A stretch of DNA of 64,000 nt. It comes from an uncultured Aquiluna sp. (GTDB lineage: Bacteria > Actinomycetota > Actinomycetes > Actinomycetales > Microbacteriaceae). Location of the stretch: contig CAYZRV010000002.1 in the NCBI GenBank assembly GCA_964480885.1, positions 55,020 through 119,019 of the forward strand. Reading direction: 5' to 3'. Below the pieces are notes generated by a model, which did not search any database, was not told where the DNA came from, and saw only the letters and a list, made by a program, of their open reading frames with translations. Position numbers and translations under genes: made by a program. Of this stretch, positions 59,123 to 64,000 are shown one piece after another. The stretch's first letter is position 1. Every line of letters begins with the position of its first letter.

Positions 59123-61780
59123 TTGGCCTCAGTTCTCGATCGTCTGTTGCGTGCGGGTGAAGGGCGAATCCTTCGCAAGCTGGAATCAATATCAAAAGAG
59201 GTCAATGCACTAGAACCTCACTATCAACAGCTCAGCGAGGAAGAGCTGAAGGGGGAGACCAAGGGTCTCAGGGAGAGGTTTGCCTCGGGTGAGACTCTGG
59301 ATGACCTTCTGCCAGAGGCTTTTGCTGCTGTTAGAGAAGCTTCAGTAAGAACTCTTGGCCTAAGGCACTTTGATGTCCAGCTGATGGGTGGAGCAGCCTT
59401 GCACCTTGGCAACATTGCCGAAATGAAAACTGGTGAGGGAAAGACACTGGTTGCCACTCTCGCCGCCTACCTAAATGCCATCCCAGGTCGCGGTGTGCAT
59501 GTCGTGACAGTCAACGACTACCTTGCGGGATACCAGTCTGAACTGATGGGCCGCATCTATCGCGCCTTGGGTATGACGATTGGTTGCATCCTGACGGGGC
59601 AAGAGCCGGAGGTTCGCCGTGCTCAATATGCCTGTGACATTACCTATGGAACCAACAACGAGTTTGGTTTTGACTATCTGCGCGACAACATGGCTCTCAC
59701 TAAGCAGGATCTTGTCCAGAGAGGTCACTACTTCGCGATAGTGGATGAGGTTGACTCCATTCTGATTGACGAAGCAAGAACGCCGCTAATTATTTCAGGC
59801 CCTTCTAGCGCTGATGTTAATCGCTGGTTTGGAGTCTTTGCCAAGCTAGTTCTAAATCTAAAAAATGATGAGGACTATGAGGTTGACGAGAAGAAGCGCA
59901 CTGTTGCCGTTCTAGAAAGCGGCATTGACAAGGTCGAAGATTATCTAGGTATTAATAACCTCTACGAGACCGCCAACACCCCACTGATTTCTTTCCTTAA
60001 CAACGCAATTCGTGCCAAGGAGCTTTTCCGCCGCGACAGAGACTATGTCGTTGTTGATGGAGAAGTTCTAATCGTTGATGAGCACACTGGCCGCATACTC
60101 GCTGGACGTCGTTACAATGAAGGATTACACCAGGCGATTGAGGCTAAGGAAAACGTTGCCATCAAGGCAGAAAATCAGACCCTGGCCTCTATAACTTTGC
60201 AGAACTATTTCCGCCTCTACAACAAGCTCAGTGGTATGACGGGTACTGCAGAGACCGAAGCTGCTGAATTCATGTCCACCTACAAGCTAGGCGTTGTTCC
60301 AATTCCGACCAACAAGCCCATGATTCGTAAAGATCAGTCCGATCTGATCTACAAAAACGAAGAGGCTAAGTTCAAGATGGTCGTTGTTGACATCATGGAG
60401 CGCCACAAGAGGGGACAGCCAGTCTTAGTTGGAACCACGTCGGTTGAGAAGAGCGAGTATTTATCCAAATTGCTGGCCAAAGCTGGTGTCAGGCACGAGG
60501 TCCTAAACGCCAAGAACAATGCCCGTGAGGCAGTTATTGTCGCTCAGGCTGGTCGATTTGGTTCCGTTACTGTTGCGACCAACATGGCCGGCCGTGGAAC
60601 AGACATCATGCTTGGTGGAAATGCTGAGTTCATGGCCGTGCAGGAGATGAGCAAACTAGGACTCGATCCTGCCGAAAAGCCAGAAGAGTACGAGGCTAAG
60701 TGGGACGGCGTCTTTGAAAAAATTAAATCCGAAGTCTCCCAGGAAGCCGAAAAGGTTCTCGCGGTTGGCGGTCTGTATGTTCTAGGCACAGAAAGACACG
60801 AGTCTCGACGCATCGATAACCAGCTTCGTGGTCGTTCTGGACGTCAGGGAGATCCTGGTGAGTCGCGTTTCTATCTCTCGCTGACCGATGACCTAATGCG
60901 ACTATTCAATTCTCAAGCTGCCGCATCACTAATGAACCGCTCGTCGGTTCCTGATGAGCAGGCAATCGAGTCAAAGGTTGTTTCCAGAGCCATTGCCTCT
61001 GCCCAGTCCCAGGTTGAAGCTCGAAACGCAGAGATTCGTAAGAACATCTTGAAATATGACGATGTCATGAACCGTCAGCGTGAGGCCATTTACGCCGACC
61101 GACGTCAGATTCTCGAGGGTGAAGATATTTCGAAGACTTTCGATGCGTTTTTGGCCGAGGTGATAACTGACAATATTCAGCGCAATTTGATTGAATCAAA
61201 TGCCAGTGACTGGGATCTGGATTCACTGTGGAATCAGTTGCGAGCAATCTATCCAATCAGTTTAGAGATCGCGGAAGTGATCGCTGAGGCTGGTTCTAGA
61301 GCCAAGCTGACCAGCAAGTTCCTAATCGAGGAAATCATCAGTGATGCTCGCATTGCCTACGGTAAGCGCACCAGTGAAATCGGTGAGGCACTGATGCGAG
61401 AGCTTGAGCGTCGTGTAATGCTCTCCGTTATCGACAGAAAGTGGCGAGACCACCTCTACGAGATGGATTACCTCAAGGAGGGAATTGGCCTAAGGGCAAT
61501 GGCTCAGCGTGATCCTCTTGTTGAGTATCAGCGTGAGGGATTTGCCATGTTCCAGGAAATGATGGCGGGAATTCGTGAAGAGGCAGTTCAGCTGATGTTT
61601 AACATTGAAATCAAACAGAATGTCCCTGATGTGACGCAGCAGCAACCCCAGCAACTGACCTACTCAGCCCCCAGCGAGCAGGGAGATGTTGAGGTTCAAA
61701 GACAAGGCGTGCAAAAGCCGGAGGGTAACCAAAACCCTCCAAAGCAGGGCGGCCAGGGATCGGCGTTCTTCAGAAACTAG
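59123..61780 (+). CDS. secA: Preprotein translocase ATPase SecA
   Basis: 885 aa with [13 protein letters not shown] (Walker A), the DEAD-like motif [20 protein letters not shown] and [13 protein letters not shown] start with AAGGAG 5 nt upstream. Confidence 0.95.
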   Translation: MASVLDRLLRAGEGRILRKLESISKEVNALEPHYQQLSEEELKGETKGLRERFASGETLDDLLPEAFAAVREASVRTLGLRHFDVQLMGGAALHLGNIAEMKTGEGKTLVATLAAYLNAIPGRGVHVVTVNDYLAGYQSELMGRIYRALGMTIGCILTGQEPEVRRAQYACDITYGTNNEFGFDYLRDNMALTKQDLVQRGHYFAIVDEVDSILIDEARTPLIISGPSSADVNRWFGVFAKLVLNLKNDEDYEVDEKKRTVAVLESGIDKVEDYLGINNLYETANTPLISFLNNAIRAKELFRRDRDYVVVDGEVLIVDEHTGRILAGRRYNEGLHQAIEAKENVAIKAENQTLASITLQNYFRLYNKLSGMTGTAETEAAEFMSTYKLGVVPIPTNKPMIRKDQSDLIYKNEEAKFKMVVVDIMERHKRGQPVLVGTTSVEKSEYLSKLLAKAGVRHEVLNAKNNAREAVIVAQAGRFGSVTVATNMAGRGTDIMLGGNAEFMAVQEMSKLGLDPAEKPEEYEAKWDGVFEKIKSEVSQEAEKVLAVGGLYVLGTERHESRRIDNQLRGRSGRQGDPGESRFYLSLTDDLMRLFNSQAAASLMNRSSVPDEQAIESKVVSRAIASAQSQVEARNAEIRKNILKYDDVMNRQREAIYADRRQILEGEDISKTFDAFLAEVITDNIQRNLIESNASDWDLDSLWNQLRAIYPISLEIAEVIAEAGSRAKLTSKFLIEEIISDARIAYGKRTSEIGEALMRELERRVMLSVIDRKWRDHLYEMDYLKEGIGLRAMAQRDPLVEYQREGFAMFQEMMAGIREEAVQLMFNIEIKQNVPDVTQQQPQQLTYSAPSEQGDVEVQRQGVQKPEGNQNPPKQGGQGSAFFRN

Positions 61781-62142
61781 ATCAAGACCATTTCAGTAAT
61801 GCGATATCGGTCATGGATTAGTTCGGCTCTAACTGAAACAGCCTTAGTAGCACCAGAAACCTGAAGCACAACTACTCCCTGATAGGCGTTTTCGCTTGTC
61901 AGGAATGTTTTTGTTTTCCTAAGGACAATTTCTGGTCTTTGGTTTACCCCCGTAACCTGCCTTTGAATTGCACCTCTTCTATATCTTTGACAGACGTCGT
62001 AATAGGCCCCATCACTAAGCCATCGAGCAAGCTGCTCAGGTCTCCTTAATCCTGCAAGGACTTCCACATACGCTGCACAAATTTGTGCAAAGAACTTTGC
62101 TGGGTCTGTTTGATCTGCCGTTACCTGATTGGTGATTGACAT
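61777..62142 (-). CDS. Rv3235-like conserved actinobacterial protein
   Basis: The position is convergent with secA, and the sequence ([25 protein letters not shown]) resembles Rv3235-family proteins as I recall them. I prefer the start MSITNQ at 62142, preceded by AAGGAGGGGG, over the ORF-track start at 62157. Confidence 0.55.
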   Translation of the reverse strand: MSITNQVTADQTDPAKFFAQICAAYVEVLAGLRRPEQLARWLSDGAYYDVCQRYRRGAIQRQVTGVNQRPEIVLRKTKTFLTSENAYQGVVVLQVSGATKAVSVRAELIHDRYRITEMVLI

Positions 62143-62263
62143 TTCCCCCTCCTTCATTTCAGGTGGGAAAAGTATGCTCAGCCATTTGGAACTAGGGAAG
62201 AGGGTCAGGCCCAGCTGTGGATAACTAAAAATCCGATACGAAAATCTGTGCTCTTATCACGGC

Positions 62264-62692
62264 ATGGATATTTTGCGTGAAATTGAAGATGAGCTTCAGG
62301 GAATCACAGAAGCTGAATCAAGGCCTGTGGTTGAAGTTGTGTCTGAATTTGAGAAACACTCCCTGGTTGATTTACGACAGGGCAAAGACTTCTTGATGGG
62401 TCGCGATGAAATGGGAGTTTCAATAATTCCTATAGCGTCCATTCGCGAGCTTTTCGGCCTTGATTCAGCCAATGTTTCTGAAGTCTCGCTAGCTGAAGTT
62501 TTAGCTGCGCAGAAGGCACCTGTCCGCATTCACTATCGAGCGCTAGGGCAGAGGTGTTCATCATGGCTTCTAAGCATCAATCCTCCTTGGCTCAGACTTG
62601 CGCATCCCCAGGGGGTTGTAAGCGTGCCACTTAAGAATCTTGATTTCGCAAGGATTCAGGTATCAGCTCTTAACCGGGAACGATTCGCTTGA
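62264..62692 (+). CDS. Hypothetical protein (142 aa), first gene of the Tad-like cluster
   Basis: The ORF has an acidic N-terminus, and its stop overlaps the next gene's TTG start. I recognise no family. Confidence 0.4.
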   Translation: MDILREIEDELQGITEAESRPVVEVVSEFEKHSLVDLRQGKDFLMGRDEMGVSIIPIASIRELFGLDSANVSEVSLAEVLAAQKAPVRIHYRALGQRCSSWLLSINPPWLRLAHPQGVVSVPLKNLDFARIQVSALNRERFA

Positions 62693-63267
62693 GTATCAGA
62701 ATCCGTCGCAGGCCAAGCGTTTGGAGCATTTCTCTTCTGGTGGCTGCTGGACTAGTAGCAGGATTTCTTGTCTTGTCAGCAAATAAACCCCTGCCCACAT
62801 ACCTGGTGGCCACTCGTGATTTGCTACCTGGACAGACTCTTGTGTCCTCAGACTTTGAAGCGCTAAATCTGAACCTTGGACCCTTGGCGAGCCGATACCT
62901 GTCTGTCATTGACTCGCAGAGCGCGGTGGTGTCACAAATTCCAGCGGGAGAGCTAGTTCCGCTTAGTCGATTAGGAAAAAAGCTGCTCCCCAATCAAACA
63001 AGCATTCGCATTGTTCCGAGCACCAAGCCAGCGGCAAACATCATGCCAGGAAGCTTTGTTTCAATCTGGCGAGTTTCGGAAGAGGACGAAGAGTACCAGG
63101 CGGAGTTGCTGGTGGTGCGGGCTGAAGTTTCTGCCGTGATCGAGGCCGAGGGGTTGATTGCACAGGATGTTCCAGAAGTAGAAGTTCTGCTTGGGGTAGA
63201 GCAGGCAACTTTGTTGATGACGGCACTTGCCGCAAAGCTCGATGTTTTTGTTTTACCAATTTCATGA
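62689..63267 (+). CDS. SAF-domain protein, CpaB/RcpC-like (Flp/Tad pilus assembly)
   Basis: 192 aa with an N-terminal TM helix followed by YLVATRDLLPGQTLVSSDF, a typical SAF-domain beginning. Confidence 0.6.
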   Translation: MSIRIRRRPSVWSISLLVAAGLVAGFLVLSANKPLPTYLVATRDLLPGQTLVSSDFEALNLNLGPLASRYLSVIDSQSAVVSQIPAGELVPLSRLGKKLLPNQTSIRIVPSTKPAANIMPGSFVSIWRVSEEDEEYQAELLVVRAEVSAVIEAEGLIAQDVPEVEVLLGVEQATLLMTALAAKLDVFVLPIS

Positions 63268-64000
63268 CTGCCATAGATCTTCGAAGGGAGTTTGATTCTC
63301 TGGTTGCAACCGAAAGAACCTACTCATCTCGTTCAATTGCCTGTTGGGGATCGGCAGGCTCTGGTAAGTCGGTGATTGCTCTCAATCTGGCTTTTGAAAT
63401 AGCGGCAGCGGGTTTTCGTGTCTGTCTTGTTGATGCAGACACCTACCATCCTTCGTTGGCCGCTCTCCTAGGAATAACATCACCCACCGGGGGGATCACG
63501 GCCTTGCTTCGATTGGCTAGGCAAGATCGTCTAAGTCGTGAGGAGTTTGATCGGCTCAGCCACAGGGTTGAGTTCTCCGGCGGCAATCTGAGTGTTGTCT
63601 CGGGATTGACAGCACCGGGACGTTGGGCTGAGGTTGATCCAGAAGGGCTGGAACTTCTCACTAAGTATCTGTCTGGAAGCTTCGATTTTCTTGTTTGGGA
63701 CATGGCGAGCTTTCTTCAAACTGGCCTGATTGACTCTGTAACCGGAAAAGATCGAAACCAAGCGTCGAATCACATACTTTCAAATTCGGACATAATCCTC
63801 GCGAGCTTCCTTGCCGACCCGGTTGGGGTAAACAGGTTTCTATTTGATATGCGCGAGGTTGGTGGAAAAGTCTGGCCGATAGCTAATCGGGTTCGCCAGT
63901 CGGTTCTTGGCAGAAATCCGGTAGGGCAGCTTCAGTCGGTTTTAGCCAAGACGGCAGGATTGACTTTGCGGGGTGAGATCTGGGAGGACCAGGGATTTGA
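63264..64000 (+). CDS. ParA/MinD-like P-loop ATPase, TadZ/CpaE/Ssd-like; the 3' end runs off the window
   Basis: My own translation from the ATG at 63264 (ATGA overlap with the upstream gene) gives MTAIDLRREF...CWGSAGSGKSVIALNLA (deviant Walker A)...VCLVDADTYHPS. It is not in the ORF track because there is no stop in the window. Confidence 0.65.
   Translation, partial: MTAIDLRREFDSLVATERTYSSRSIACWGSAGSGKSVIALNLAFEIAAAGFRVCLVDADTYHPSLAALLGITSPTGGITALLRLARQDRLSREEFDRLSHRVEFSGGNLSVVSGLTAPGRWAEVDPEGLELLTKYLSGSFDFLVWDMASFLQTGLIDSVTGKDRNQASNHILSNSDIILASFLADPVGVNRFLFDMREVGGKVWPIANRVRQSVLGRNPVGQLQSVLAKTAGLTLRGEIWEDQGF

Noticed and set aside
1-64000. Search for tRNA, rRNA, transposase/integrase, toxin-antitoxin pairs, CRISPR-Cas or known defence-system genes
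   Set aside because: None were found. Every intergenic gap longer than 100 nt is accounted for by the riboswitch, divergent promoters or terminator regions. No ORF shows recombinase, nuclease-helicase, or small paired toxin/antitoxin features.

Overview
This 64 kb window looks like chromosomal DNA from a roughly 50% GC actinobacterium. The gene content (WhiB, MtrAB-LpqB, AccD5/AccE5-type carboxylase, Rv3235/Rv3259-like proteins) and very tight packing suggest a streamlined Micrococcales or Microbacteriaceae-like genome. That taxonomic guess is inference only. I support about 58 CDS, one FMN riboswitch, a few intrinsic terminators and one promoter candidate. I see no rRNA, tRNA, CRISPR array, transposase, integrase or prophage genes. 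From trpS (13.8 kb) to the Rv3235-like gene (62.1 kb), the gene order follows the Mycobacterium tuberculosis Rv3336c-to-Rv3235 region from memory: trpS, sdhCDAB, cdd-deoA-add, pmmB, PNP, lpdA-like, accA3, maf, accE5/accD5, birA, purK/purE, whiB2-like, Rv3259-like, pmmA, sahH, mtrA/mtrB/lpqB, comF-like, hpf, secA, Rv3235-like. Blocks interspersed in that backbone are a BMP-type nucleoside ABC importer, an orphan PTS IIB domain, a TrmA-like methyltransferase plus an unknown 97-aa ORF, a lipoprotein plus a 963-aa LysM protein, galE, and a GT2-membrane fusion plus an unknown exported protein. The first ~10 kb lies outside this synteny and looks the most accessory. It holds a fused ABC exporter, an AT-rich orphan TaqI-like N6-adenine DNA methyltransferase, a DrrABC/NodIJ-like ABC-2 exporter and a 1503-aa secreted S8 protease with 12 FN3 repeats. 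The 3' end of the window enters a Tad/Flp-pilus-like locus. I do not see a convincing new multi-gene defence or mobile system. The best leads are single genes or gene pairs of unknown function, listed under findings.
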